Below, in pieces: positions 46,365 through 57,696 of a stretch of DNA of 64,000 nucleotides (position 1 is the first letter of the stretch; the number at the start of each line of letters is the position of its first letter). This DNA is from Clostridia bacterium (lineage in GTDB: Bacteria > Bacillota > Clostridia > Christensenellales > Aristaeellaceae). The stretch is from NCBI GenBank assembly GCA_900769075.1, contig CAAGFE010000111.1, positions 752 to 64,751 on the forward strand. The letters are read 5' to 3'. The notes beneath the pieces were generated by a model. It did not search any database. It saw only the letters and a list, made by a program, of their open reading frames with translations, and was not told the origin of the DNA. The position numbers and the translations under genes were made by a program.

Positions 46365-48915
46365 TCAGAAGCTGCTCTCCCTGGTGCTTGCGGCGATGAT
46401 GCTCCTGGGCTGCCTGCCCGCGCTGGCGGAGGATGCGGCGGCCTCGAACATCCCCGAGGGGTACAAGCTGGTGGCGGAAAACAGCGGCTTCCGGCTGTAT
46501 CTGCTGGAGAGCACCATGGCGGTCATCGTCCAGAGCAAGGCGAACGGACATCTGCTCTACTCCACCGTGCAGAACGCCGATACCGGCAACAAGACCTGGA
46601 AGGGCTTCTACCAGTCCGGCATCGTCATCGAGTACCTCGAGGACGTGAAGGACAAGCCCATTCAGGCGGATTTCATCAACAATGCCTCGACCATCGCCTA
46701 CGAGTATGGGGACAACGGCTTCCTTGCCCATGTGGCCTACACCGATCTGGGCATCTCCTTCGATGTGAAGGTGTGGATGGACGAGGAAGGCATGCATGTG
46801 TATCTGCCCACCGATTCCATCGTGGAGGTCAAGGATCAGACCTACATGATCGTCAAAAATGACCAGGGTGGGGAAGAACGCATCGACACGACCAAGTACA
46901 CCAAGACCTCCGAGGAGAGTGAATTCCTGCTCACCGCCGCGGACGGCACGGTGTATACCCTCAGCAAATCCTGCTATGTATCCACCAAGGACAATACCGT
47001 GACGGTCAAGGATCAGGCGGGCATCACCCAGGTGACGCTCCCCCTGGCCAAGCCGCTGGACAAGGCCTTTGACGTGTCCGTCATCAACGCCGCCGGAAAG
47101 ACCGTGCTGATTCCTGCGGAATCCGTCACGGCGGTGCAGAAGAATCTCTACACCACCGGCACGGCGCAGGACGGCTCCGCCCTGCGCATCCCCAAGGAGA
47201 ACGTGGTGGAGATCAGCGAGTATTCCTACACCATCGCCAGCATCTATGTGTATCCCTTCATGGGGCACAGCCGGGCGGGCGAGGGCCAGGGCTACATGAT
47301 CATCCCCGACGGCCAGGGCGCGGTGGTCGGCTTTGAGGACAACGAGGGCCGCTATCCCACCCCCTTCGACAAGCAGGTGTACGGCGTGAACATCGGCGTG
47401 GAGGATCAGTACCTCTCCGAGGATCGCGTGCCCGCGGAGGACGTGATCATGCCCGTCTTCGGCATGGTGCATACGGACTCCGAGATCGCCGTGCTGAGCG
47501 TGATTGAGCAGGGCGACCTGGCCGCCCGCATCCAGGCTTACCCCAACGGCGTGCGCAACCTGCCCTTTGACTGGGTGACGGCGAAATTCACCCTTCGCTT
47601 CGTGTTCAACCAGCCCATGGGCCCCAGCGCCGGCAACGTCGCCACCCGTACCGAGAAGCGCCGCGATGTGGACATCCTGCAGCATTTCCTCTTCCGCAGC
47701 GGCGAGGAAGCCGACTATGCGGGCCTGGCGGTGGCGTACCGCAACTACCTGATCGCCAACGATACCTTCGCCCAGGCGGATCGGCGCGATTTCGACATCC
47801 AGATTGATTTCCTGGGCATTGAGCGCGAGAATTACATCCTGGGCAAGCAGGACGTGGTGATGACCAGCTTCGACCAGGCCGCCGGCATCCTGGATGACCT
47901 GACGGAGGCCGGCGTCAAGGCCATGAACGTGACCTACCGTGGCTGGCAGAAGAACGGTCTGACCGGCGGCGTGCCCACGGACAGCTTCGATGTGGCGAAG
48001 TCCCTGGGCGGCAAGTCCGGCCTGATGGCACTCGCCCGGAAGGCAGCGGACATGGGCGTTCCCTTCGCCCTGGAAGCGGATGTGCTGAGCCTGAACACGG
48101 AAACCCATCCTTCGCTGGTGTTCTCCGCGCTCAAGAAGATCACCGCCCAGACCTGGTCCCGCGCCACCTACGGCAAGGTCTACGAAACCCTGTACTACTG
48201 CAACCCGACCACGTCCGAGAGCGCAGCGGCATCGCTGACCTCCGCCATGGTCAAGGAGGGCCTGACCGGCATCTCCTTCACCGGCATCACCCAGGTGCTG
48301 ACCGATTACTGCCACAAGGACAAATACCACGACACCAGCGAGATGGCGGCGATCTATACCGGCATTCTGGACCGGGCGAACGATCATCTGACCACCGCCC
48401 TGGTCAGCCCCAACGCCTATCTGTGGCAGTACGCCGATGTGATCACCGATATCCCCGCCGCCGGCAGCGATTACACCTATACCGATGCGGAGATTCCCTT
48501 CCTGACCATCGCGCTGAGCGGGCAGATCCCCTACTACCTGGAGTACACCAACTTCCAGGCCAACACCCGGGAGTTCTTCCTGCACCTGGTGGAGCAGGGC
48601 GCGCGCCCGTCCTTCCTGCTGACCTGGGAGGATCCCATCGAGCTCCAGAACACCAACTCCTCCTCCATCTACTCCTCCCGGTATGAGCTGTACAGGGACA
48701 TGGTGGTCGAATGGTACAGGGATCTGTCCGAGGTGTACCAGGCCGTGGGCGAGGATGGCATGATCGTGGATCACGTCCGCCAGGGCGACCTGGTTCGGGT
48801 CACCTGGAGCAACGGCACGCAGATCTACCTCAACTTCGGCGACAGGGCCGGCGAGATGGACGGCATTGCCCTGGAAAAAATGAGCTTTAAGGTGGTGAAC
48901 GGCAATGGCAATTAA
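46348..48915 (+). CDS. Secreted protein of unknown function (module 2), paralog of 15433-17589, about 855 aa (start uncertain: TTG 46348, alternatives TTG 46315 or ATG 46393)
   Basis: Signal peptide LLRRFNQKLLSLVLAAMMLLGCLPALA. Conserved blocks shared with the module-1 protein. Carries an extra N-terminal beta-rich region of about 140 aa. Confidence 0.55.
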   Translation: MLRRFNQKLLSLVLAAMMLLGCLPALAEDAAASNIPEGYKLVAENSGFRLYLLESTMAVIVQSKANGHLLYSTVQNADTGNKTWKGFYQSGIVIEYLEDVKDKPIQADFINNASTIAYEYGDNGFLAHVAYTDLGISFDVKVWMDEEGMHVYLPTDSIVEVKDQTYMIVKNDQGGEERIDTTKYTKTSEESEFLLTAADGTVYTLSKSCYVSTKDNTVTVKDQAGITQVTLPLAKPLDKAFDVSVINAAGKTVLIPAESVTAVQKNLYTTGTAQDGSALRIPKENVVEISEYSYTIASIYVYPFMGHSRAGEGQGYMIIPDGQGAVVGFEDNEGRYPTPFDKQVYGVNIGVEDQYLSEDRVPAEDVIMPVFGMVHTDSEIAVLSVIEQGDLAARIQAYPNGVRNLPFDWVTAKFTLRFVFNQPMGPSAGNVATRTEKRRDVDILQHFLFRSGEEADYAGLAVAYRNYLIANDTFAQADRRDFDIQIDFLGIERENYILGKQDVVMTSFDQAAGILDDLTEAGVKAMNVTYRGWQKNGLTGGVPTDSFDVAKSLGGKSGLMALARKAADMGVPFALEADVLSLNTETHPSLVFSALKKITAQTWSRATYGKVYETLYYCNPTTSESAAASLTSAMVKEGLTGISFTGITQVLTDYCHKDKYHDTSEMAAIYTGILDRANDHLTTALVSPNAYLWQYADVITDIPAAGSDYTYTDAEIPFLTIALSGQIPYYLEYTNFQANTREFFLHLVEQGARPSFLLTWEDPIELQNTNSSSIYSSRYELYRDMVVEWYRDLSEVYQAVGEDGMIVDHVRQGDLVRVTWSNGTQIYLNFGDRAGEMDGIALEKMSFKVVNGNGN

Positions 48916-49894
48916 GAAAAAAGCAAAGGCAGAGCAGGAAATCGCCATCACGCCGAAGAAACCTAATAAGCGTGAAAAGAACCCGCACGATAAGCACAGA
49001 ATCACAAAGCGCAAGCTCCGCGACTGGATGTATGGCTACATCTTCCTCGCCCCGTGGATTATCGGCATCCTCTTCTTCTTCGTCTGGGCCATGGGGCAGT
49101 CGCTGAACTATTCCGTACACAAGATCGTCATGGACAACGGCGTGCAGACCTACCCGCTGGAACACTGGTATGACAACTATGCCGCCGTGTTCTCGCTGGA
49201 GACCAATCTGCCGACCACCCTGGGCTCCTTTGCAATCTCCCTGGTGCTGCAGGTGCCGATCATCATCGCGTTCTCGCTGATCATCGCCATGCTGCTCAAC
49301 AGCAAGATCCGCTGCCGCGGCCTGTTCCGCATGATCTTCTTCCTGCCGGTGATCATCGCTACCGGCCCGGTGATGAACATGCTGACCGCCCAGGGCGCCG
49401 CGTCGGTGCCCATGATGTCCGATGGCAGCTTGCTGAATCTGCTCTCCGGGCTGCCCCAATTCCTGCTGGAACCCATCACCGAGCTGTTCAACAGCCTGAT
49501 CCTGATCCTGTGGAATTCCGGCATCCAGATCCTGATCTTCCTGTCCGGCTTGCAGAAGGTGTCCACCACCATGTATGAGGCCGCGAAGATTGACGGCGCC
49601 AGCGGCTGGGAGACCTTCTGGAAGATCACCCTGCCCACGGTGAAGCCCATCATCCTGCTCAACGCCATCTACACCGTGGTGTCCCTGGCCACCGGCGGCA
49701 CGAACGAAATCATCGAGCTGATCTACGCGGCCACCTATACCACCCCCTGGACGAAGGGGTACAGCTACGGCATGGCCTTCTCCTGGATTTACACCGCCAT
49801 CATCGGCGTGATTCTGATCGGCGTGTTCCTGCTGCTCAAGGAAAAGAGCGACAAAAAAGTCAAGTACGAGAAGAAACTCGTTACGCTGCGCTAA
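48905..49894 (+). CDS. CUT1 ABC transporter permease, MalF-type (second transporter of module 2), 329 aa
   Basis: Long basic N-terminal tail, six TM segments, EAAKIDGASGW loop. Confidence 0.8.
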   Translation: MAIKKKAKAEQEIAITPKKPNKREKNPHDKHRITKRKLRDWMYGYIFLAPWIIGILFFFVWAMGQSLNYSVHKIVMDNGVQTYPLEHWYDNYAAVFSLETNLPTTLGSFAISLVLQVPIIIAFSLIIAMLLNSKIRCRGLFRMIFFLPVIIATGPVMNMLTAQGAASVPMMSDGSLLNLLSGLPQFLLEPITELFNSLILILWNSGIQILIFLSGLQKVSTTMYEAAKIDGASGWETFWKITLPTVKPIILLNAIYTVVSLATGGTNEIIELIYAATYTTPWTKGYSYGMAFSWIYTAIIGVILIGVFLLLKEKSDKKVKYEKKLVTLR

Positions 49895-49909
49895 GGAGGG
49901 GGAAAGACA

Positions 49910-50884
49910 ATGAAAATCAGACAACTCCCCAAGGATGCGCGCAAGGATTACTACAAGAAAATTCTCTTTGGCAACAACGACCGCCGCGGTGCGATCATGA
50001 CCTTCGTGGTCTATCTGCTGCTGATCACCATTGCCTTCATCTACCTGTACCCGGTGCTGTACATGTTCTCCCGCTCGCTGATGGGCAAGTCCGACCTGCT
50101 GGATTCCTCTGCCAAGTGGATCCCTTCCTCCATCACCCTGAGCAACTACACCCAGGCCATCGACACGATGGATTACTGGCACTCCCTGTGGAAGAACCTC
50201 ATCATCGCCGTGTCCGCCACATTGTGCCAGGTGTTTGTCACCTCCTGGGTCGGCTACGGCTTTGCGCGGTATAACTTCCCGGGCAAGATGCTCTGGATGG
50301 TGCTGCTGATCCTGTCGTTCCTGCTGCCCGCCCAGACCATCGCGGTGCCCAACTTCCTGCTGTTCAACAAGTGGCACCTGATTGACGGCTCGGTCAAGCC
50401 CTTCATCATCACCGCCGTTTCCGGCCAGGGCATCAAGAGCTGCCTGTGTATCCTGATCTTCTACAACTTCCATCGTCAGACGCCCCAGAGCCTGATTGAA
50501 GCGGCGGAAATCGACGGCGCGGGCCACATCAAGGCCTACTTCCGCATTGCGGTGCCGCTGTGCTCCGCGGCCATCGTGGTGGTGGCGCTGTTCTCCTTCG
50601 TGTGGTACTGGAACGAGGTGGACATCGTCCGCACCTACCTGGGATCGAGCAACACCCGCGACAAGGGCCTGACGACCCTGATGCTGGAGCTGAACAAGTT
50701 CGAGGACAGCTACAACGCGGTCTACGCCACCCACGCCCAGTCCACCACGTCCACCAACCGCCTGAACGACGCCATCAAGATGGCGGGCACGATGCTCGCC
50801 GTGGCCCCGATGATGATTCTGTACATGTTCCTGCAGAAGCAGTTCGTGGAATCCATCGACCGGGCCGGCATCACCGGCGAGTAA
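49910..50884 (+). CDS. CUT1 ABC transporter permease, MalG-type (second transporter of module 2), 324 aa
   Basis: IEAAEIDGAGH loop. GGAGGGGGAAAG RBS. Confidence 0.8.
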   Translation: MKIRQLPKDARKDYYKKILFGNNDRRGAIMTFVVYLLLITIAFIYLYPVLYMFSRSLMGKSDLLDSSAKWIPSSITLSNYTQAIDTMDYWHSLWKNLIIAVSATLCQVFVTSWVGYGFARYNFPGKMLWMVLLILSFLLPAQTIAVPNFLLFNKWHLIDGSVKPFIITAVSGQGIKSCLCILIFYNFHRQTPQSLIEAAEIDGAGHIKAYFRIAVPLCSAAIVVVALFSFVWYWNEVDIVRTYLGSSNTRDKGLTTLMLELNKFEDSYNAVYATHAQSTTSTNRLNDAIKMAGTMLAVAPMMILYMFLQKQFVESIDRAGITGE

Positions 50885-50975
50885 TCCCCTGCCCCGGATG
50901 CGCCGGGGAGGACATCCCATTCCCATGCATCAAAGCCTGGTCAGAGGCTTTAGATAAAAAAAGGAGGACACCCCA

Positions 50976-52406
50976 ATGAAAAAGCTGGTTTCCCTGGTTC
51001 TGGCGCTGTGCATGGTGCTGTCCCTGGGCTCCTTTGCGAGCGCAGAGGGCGAGTACAACATTCCCGCCATGAACACCACCGATCCCATCACCCTGTCCGT
51101 CATGATCTGGGACGACTTCGAGATGGCCGAAGCGCTGGCCGCTTCCTTCTCGGAGATGTATCCCAACATCACCGTTGAAATCATCCGCACCACCACCGGT
51201 ACCGTGACTGCGGATCTGACCAACTACGCCGCCAACGGCTCCCTGCCGGACATCTTCATGTGGCTGGATCTGGATCCCCTGCTCGCCGCTCCCTACATGG
51301 CCGATATCGCGCCCTACCTGGAGAACGACGAGGAAGCCCAGACCAAGCTGTACTACACCATCCGCAACGCCGGCTACATTGACGGCGAGCGCTGCTTCTT
51401 CCTGGCTGGCGAGTTCCTGCCCGCAACCGTTTATCTGGACATGAACGTGTTCGAGATGCTGAACGTCGAAATGCCCGGTCAGGACTGGACCTGGGATCAG
51501 TTCGTTGAGCTGACCCAGACCATGACCGATCCCACCCAGGGCATCTGGTCCTACACCAACGGCATGTACGCCCCCGTCACCTGCGGCCCCATCGCGCTGA
51601 CCGAGAACTCCATCGGCGAATTCGGCTGGAACGGCGAGAGCTACAACTTCGAGTCCGGCTGGGCCGAGTCCCTCGAGCTCCAGCTGGAGAACATCCGCCT
51701 GGGCAACACCTGCGTGGGCGGCTCCGATGCTTACCTGGCGGTTGACCCCTCCAACGAGTGGCCCGGCCAGACCGGTCATGTGGCTGTCCTGACCGACGCC
51801 TCCTGGACCCTGAACAACATCTACACCCAGCCCCTGGCACTGGATCGCGGCATCAAGATGGTGCCCTACAATCCTCCGGTGGGCGCCGAGAACTGCGGCC
51901 AGCTGGGCTTCCTGGACAATGTGTCCATCTCCGCTCAGTGCGAGCATCCCCGTGAGGCCTATGAGCTGATGAAGTACATGTTCTGGGGCAAGGATGGCTG
52001 GATGAAGCGCTGCGAGCTGTTCCCCACCCTGGTGTGGGAAGGCACCGACCAGAAGGCCTACAATGTGCCCAACTGCTTCCCCCTGATCCAGGACGACGAG
52101 CTGAACGAGGCCTTCGCCGCGCTGCTGCCTGACCTGGGCTACTGGAATGACTGGACCGGCTTCCTGGAGAACATCCAGAACCCCGTCACCTGGGGCGCCC
52201 GTACCATCCCCGGCTTCAACGCCTTCCTGGCCAATGCCTACAGCGGCGGCGACTTCAACGGCACCATCGGCATCGAGGCCGCTGTGTCCAATGGCTCCGC
52301 GGATCCCTGGGATTACACGGATTGGCTGGCTGAGCAGGGCCGTTACTACTACGACCAGGCCATGTCCGCCTTCTATGACATCTACGGCAGGCCCGACGCG
52401 GAGTAA
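50976..52406 (+). CDS. Extracellular solute-binding protein, family 1 (second transporter of module 2), 476 aa
   Basis: MKKLVSLVLALCMVLSLGSFASAEG signal. AAAGGAGG RBS. Confidence 0.75.
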   Translation: MKKLVSLVLALCMVLSLGSFASAEGEYNIPAMNTTDPITLSVMIWDDFEMAEALAASFSEMYPNITVEIIRTTTGTVTADLTNYAANGSLPDIFMWLDLDPLLAAPYMADIAPYLENDEEAQTKLYYTIRNAGYIDGERCFFLAGEFLPATVYLDMNVFEMLNVEMPGQDWTWDQFVELTQTMTDPTQGIWSYTNGMYAPVTCGPIALTENSIGEFGWNGESYNFESGWAESLELQLENIRLGNTCVGGSDAYLAVDPSNEWPGQTGHVAVLTDASWTLNNIYTQPLALDRGIKMVPYNPPVGAENCGQLGFLDNVSISAQCEHPREAYELMKYMFWGKDGWMKRCELFPTLVWEGTDQKAYNVPNCFPLIQDDELNEAFAALLPDLGYWNDWTGFLENIQNPVTWGARTIPGFNAFLANAYSGGDFNGTIGIEAAVSNGSADPWDYTDWLAEQGRYYYDQAMSAFYDIYGRPDAE

Positions 52407-52438
52407 TCCATCTGACATCCTGCGTTTCGGTTTCCCAT

Positions 52439-52470
52439 GGGGAGCGGCCTTCGGGCTGCTCCCCTTTTTT
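52439..52470 (+). terminator. Rho-independent terminator (GGGGAGCGGCC-UUCG-GGCUGCUCCCC + U6) ending the module-2 operon
   Basis: 11-bp stem with one mismatch, UUCG tetraloop, followed by TTTTTT. Confidence 0.8.
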
Positions 52471-52522
52471 GATGGATGCTTTTCCGCCGGTTGGGAAGCG
52501 CCGTCTTTCCGCGCGGAAGCGC

Positions 52523-52550
52523 TTGCTTTTTTCCCGGCATATGGTATAAT
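52523..52550 (+). promoter_or_regulatory. Promoter for GH51 genes (-35 TTGCTT, 16-nt spacer, extended -10 TGgTATAAT)
   Basis: TTGCTTttttcccggcatatggTATAAT lies about 50 nt upstream of ATG 52599. Confidence 0.55.
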
Positions 52551-52598
52551 CGTATTATCGGGTGATTGTCACAATTCAACAAAGGAGTGAACCCACGC

Positions 52599-54551
52599 AT
52601 GAAGAAATTCGTTGCGCTGCTGCTGGCTCTTCTGCTGCCGCTGACGGCCGGCGCGTCCACCCTGACGGCAGATATGAACCATCCGACCGTCGAGATGAGC
52701 GATACCCTGTATGGCCTCTTTTTTGAGGACATCAACTACGGTGCGGACGGCGGTTTGTACGCGGAAATGCTGCAGAATCGCTCCTTTGAGTACGAGGACA
52801 TCCTCAATCCCCGGGTGACGGACCATTACAACGGCTGGGGCTTCAACCTGGCCTTCGGCGCGACCGGCACCGCCACGGTGATGACCGAGCATCCGCTGAA
52901 TGAGAACAACCCCACCTACATGCGCATCAGCTGCACCAAGGGTGAGTATCGGTTTGCTAACCTGGGGTACCAGTCCACCACCTTCGCGGGAGGCATTCCT
53001 GTGGAGGAGGGCAAGACCTACCGCTGCTCCGTGTGGATGCGCAACGGCGGCGACTTTGACGGTCAGGTCGAGATTGCCCTGACCAAGCGCACCGGCAAGT
53101 CCCTCGCCGTGCCCAAGCGCTTCACCCTGACCAACGAATGGCAGAAGTACGAGCTGAGTTTCACCTCCTCCTACACCGAGGACGCGGTGCTGTCCTTCGT
53201 CCTGCACGGGACGGGCGCGGTGGATATCGACATGGCATCCCTGATGCCCGCCGACGCCTTCGGGGCGGATTGGCCAAGCGGCGGTCTGCGGGCCGATCTG
53301 GTGCAGGCCCTGATGGATTTGCACCCTGCCTTCCTGCGCTTCCCCGGCGGCTGCATCACCGAGGGCAGCTACTACCGCAGCAATTTCTACAACTGGAAGG
53401 ACACCGTCGGCCCGATTGAAACCCGCAAGGAAAACTTCAACACCTGGGGCTACATGCAATCCTATGGCCTGGGGTATTACGAGTATTTCATGCTGGCGGA
53501 AGCCCTCGGCGCGCAGCCCCTGCCGGTGGTGCACAGCGGATTGCTCTGCCAGGCCCGCGACACCAAGGAGGAATCCCTCACCATCGCCGAAACGAAGGAA
53601 TACGCCCAGGACATTCTCGACCTGATCGAATTCGCCAACGGCGATGTGACGACCACCTGGGGTGCACTCCGGGCGGAGATGGGGCATCCCGAGCCCTTCC
53701 ACCTCAAGTACCTGGGCATCGGCAACGAAAACTGGGACAGCCCCTACTGGAACCGCTTTGATGTGCTGTACAAGGCAGTGAAGGCCGCCTACCCGGAGAT
53801 CGAGATCATTTCCTCCGCCGGGCCGGTGGCGGAGGGCGCGCTCCCGGCCTACGCCTGGCGGGTGATCCGCGCCAAGTACCCGGACACCATCGTGGACGAG
53901 CATTACTACATGGGCGTCGACTGGTTCCTGAACAACGTCAGCCGCTATGACAGCTATCCCCGCACCACCCGCGTGTTCGTGGGGGAATATGCCGCCCATG
54001 AGGCCGTCCAGGCCAACGGCCGCCGGCCCAACAGCCTGTACAGCGCCCTGTGCGAGGCGGCCTACATGACCGGCCTGGAGCGCAACAGCGATGTGGTGGT
54101 CATGGCTTCCTACGCGCCCCTGCTGGCCCGGGAGGGCATGCAGCAGTGGACGCCGGACATGATCTGGTTCAACGCCCGGGAGGTGCTGCTGACCCCGAAC
54201 TACCATGTGCAGGCGATGTTCGCCGCCACGGTGGGCGATCAGGTGGTGGAGAGCAGCTACGAGGGCGACAACGGGCTGCTCTACCATGTTGTCTCCCGGA
54301 CGGAGGACAAGCTCTACGTCAAGCTGGTGAATGTTTCCGACAATGCGGAGGACATGACGCTGAAGCTGGCGGGCGTTCCCGATGGGACGGCAGCCTTCAC
54401 CCAGCTGACGGGCGAGAAGAACGCCATCAACACCTTCGCCAACAAGGAGCGGGTGGCGCCGGTGACCGGTGAATCCGCCATCTCCGGCGGCAAAATGTCC
54501 CTCACCCTCCCCGCCTATTCCGTCACCATCCTGACCTTTGCAACCAAATAA
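52599..54551 (+). CDS. Secreted GH51 family alpha-L-arabinofuranosidase (long form with N-terminal CBM-like domain), 650 aa
   Basis: Signal peptide MKKFVALLLALLLPLTAGAS. LYGLFFEDINYGADGGLYAEMLQNRSFEY. FLRFPGGCITEGSYY. IGNENWDS (acid/base Glu in GNE). Confidence 0.75.
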   Translation: MKKFVALLLALLLPLTAGASTLTADMNHPTVEMSDTLYGLFFEDINYGADGGLYAEMLQNRSFEYEDILNPRVTDHYNGWGFNLAFGATGTATVMTEHPLNENNPTYMRISCTKGEYRFANLGYQSTTFAGGIPVEEGKTYRCSVWMRNGGDFDGQVEIALTKRTGKSLAVPKRFTLTNEWQKYELSFTSSYTEDAVLSFVLHGTGAVDIDMASLMPADAFGADWPSGGLRADLVQALMDLHPAFLRFPGGCITEGSYYRSNFYNWKDTVGPIETRKENFNTWGYMQSYGLGYYEYFMLAEALGAQPLPVVHSGLLCQARDTKEESLTIAETKEYAQDILDLIEFANGDVTTTWGALRAEMGHPEPFHLKYLGIGNENWDSPYWNRFDVLYKAVKAAYPEIEIISSAGPVAEGALPAYAWRVIRAKYPDTIVDEHYYMGVDWFLNNVSRYDSYPRTTRVFVGEYAAHEAVQANGRRPNSLYSALCEAAYMTGLERNSDVVVMASYAPLLAREGMQQWTPDMIWFNAREVLLTPNYHVQAMFAATVGDQVVESSYEGDNGLLYHVVSRTEDKLYVKLVNVSDNAEDMTLKLAGVPDGTAAFTQLTGEKNAINTFANKERVAPVTGESAISGGKMSLTLPAYSVTILTFATK

Positions 54552-54571
54552 TCCCCGGCTGCACCGGGTGA

Positions 54572-56086
<1,515 letters not shown>

Positions 56087-56095
56087 ATCCACCCC

Positions 56096-56346
56096 CTGAG
56101 GCGCGTTGTGCAAAACATAACGCGCCTCAAAGCATCGACAAAGTCGATGATTTGCAGGCCCTCAAAAAGGGCTGCAAGGCAAGGCGACAAGCCTGCAAAC
56201 GAGGGAGTTTACATGGATGTAAATGACCGAGATTTGCAGGTGCAGTCAACGAAGCAAGCGCATCCCTCTGCCTTGGGCAGAGGAATGCGCGGTTACGGCC
56301 CTTTTTGATGGCCTGAGGCGCGTTGTGCAAAACATGAGCATAACGC
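56096..56346. repeat. Hairpin-dense intergenic island: two copies of a 22-bp direct repeat TGAGGCGCGTTGTGCAAAACAT (56096 and 56310), each forming a GGCGCGTT...AACGCGCC stem-loop, plus at least four further perfect short palindromes
   Basis: Direct reading: catcgacaaagtcgatg (56133-56149), tttacatggatgtaaa (56207-56222), ctctgccttgggcagag (56265-56281). Confidence 0.6.
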
Positions 56347-56427
56347 GCCTTGATTTGTGTGGCAAATCCGGTCAGGATATAGTACAATCAGCACAAACAA
56401 ACCGGGAATGCCGAAAGGAGAATCATC

Positions 56428-57642
56428 ATGAAAAAGCTGCTGTCCCTGGTTTTTGCACTGATTCTGAGTCTGTCCTGGGCCATTGCGGAAGAAACCCGCG
56501 GCGCGCTGGACTATCAGCCCCTGAAGGAGCTGACCGCGAAATACGGCTTCACCATCGGCGCCCCCATGAGCGCCGGTCAGCTGGGGGATTTCAATTACCG
56601 CAAGCTGCTGATCCACCATTTTGACACCATCACCGCCACCAACGAGATGAAGGCGTACTCCCTGCTGGATCAGCGGGCCAGCCAGCAGAGCGAGGACGGC
56701 ATGCCCAGGATGAACTACGCCACCGCCGACAAGATGGTGAAGTTCGCCTCCGACTTCGGCCTGAAGGTGCGCGGGCATGTACTGGTCTGGGACGCCTACA
56801 TGACCCCCTGGTTCTTCCATGTGGGCTACGACACCAGGAATCCCATCGCGGATCAGGAAACGCTCAAGCTCCGCATGAAGTCCTACATCGAGCAGGTCGT
56901 CACCCATTTTGAAACCCAGTTCCCCGGCGTGGTGTACTGCTGGGACGTGGTGAACGAGGCAGTGGGCGACAATCGGGGCGAGTACGTCCCGGAGGATCCC
57001 CGCCATGTCCGCACGGTGCGCAGCGGAACCTCCAATCCCTTCTATTTCTATGTCGGATCGGATTACGTCGAGCTGGCCTTCCTCTATGCCCGCGACGTGG
57101 TGGAAGCCCTCGGCGCGGACATCAAGCTCTTCTACAACGATTACAACGCCCTGTACGACGGCAAGCGCGAGGCCATCAAGGCCCTGGTGACGAGCATCAA
57201 CAGCTACGCCGTGGACGAAAACGGCAATCCCCGCAAGCTGATCGACGGCGTGGGCATGCAGGGCTACATCGGCGGCTACGGGCATCAGGAGGGCTGCATG
57301 GCTGACAGCGACGTGGCCCTGGTGCGCAAGAGCATCCAGGAATACGCCGCCCTGGGCGTGGAGGTGCAGCTGACCGAAATGTCCCTGCGCAACTACGACA
57401 AGGACAAGCAATCCGAGCATGCCGCCTTCTATGCCAAGATGTTCGAGGTGTTCTGCCAGGCCAATGAGGGCGAGGGCAATCCCCTGACCAGCGTGACCCC
57501 CTGGGGCCTGGTGGACTGCAACAACCTGCCCAGCAATCATTATTCCTGGAAGCTGAACAGCCCCTACTGCGGTCTGTTTGACCTGCGGCTGAACGTGAAG
57601 GAATCCTTCAAGGCGATTTACTCCCTGATGGGCGGCGAATAA
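56428..57642 (+). CDS. Secreted GH10 family endo-1,4-beta-xylanase, 404 aa
   Basis: Signal peptide MKKLLSLVFALILSLSWAIA. VRGHVLVWD, WDVVNEA (acid/base Glu) and TEMS (nucleophile Glu region). AAAGGAGA RBS. Confidence 0.85.
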   Translation: MKKLLSLVFALILSLSWAIAEETRGALDYQPLKELTAKYGFTIGAPMSAGQLGDFNYRKLLIHHFDTITATNEMKAYSLLDQRASQQSEDGMPRMNYATADKMVKFASDFGLKVRGHVLVWDAYMTPWFFHVGYDTRNPIADQETLKLRMKSYIEQVVTHFETQFPGVVYCWDVVNEAVGDNRGEYVPEDPRHVRTVRSGTSNPFYFYVGSDYVELAFLYARDVVEALGADIKLFYNDYNALYDGKREAIKALVTSINSYAVDENGNPRKLIDGVGMQGYIGGYGHQEGCMADSDVALVRKSIQEYAALGVEVQLTEMSLRNYDKDKQSEHAAFYAKMFEVFCQANEGEGNPLTSVTPWGLVDCNNLPSNHYSWKLNSPYCGLFDLRLNVKESFKAIYSLMGGE

Positions 57643-57652
57643 GGCACAAGAA

Positions 57653-57682
57653 GAGCAGCGTCGAGTGACATCGGCGCTGCTC
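57653..57682. terminator. Hairpin (8-bp stem GAGCAGCG/CGCTGCTC, 14-nt loop) between convergent xylanase and suf genes; no clear U-tract
   Basis: Inverted repeat at 57653-57660 and 57675-57682. Confidence 0.35.
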
Positions 57683-57696
57683 ATTGCATATTCGGA

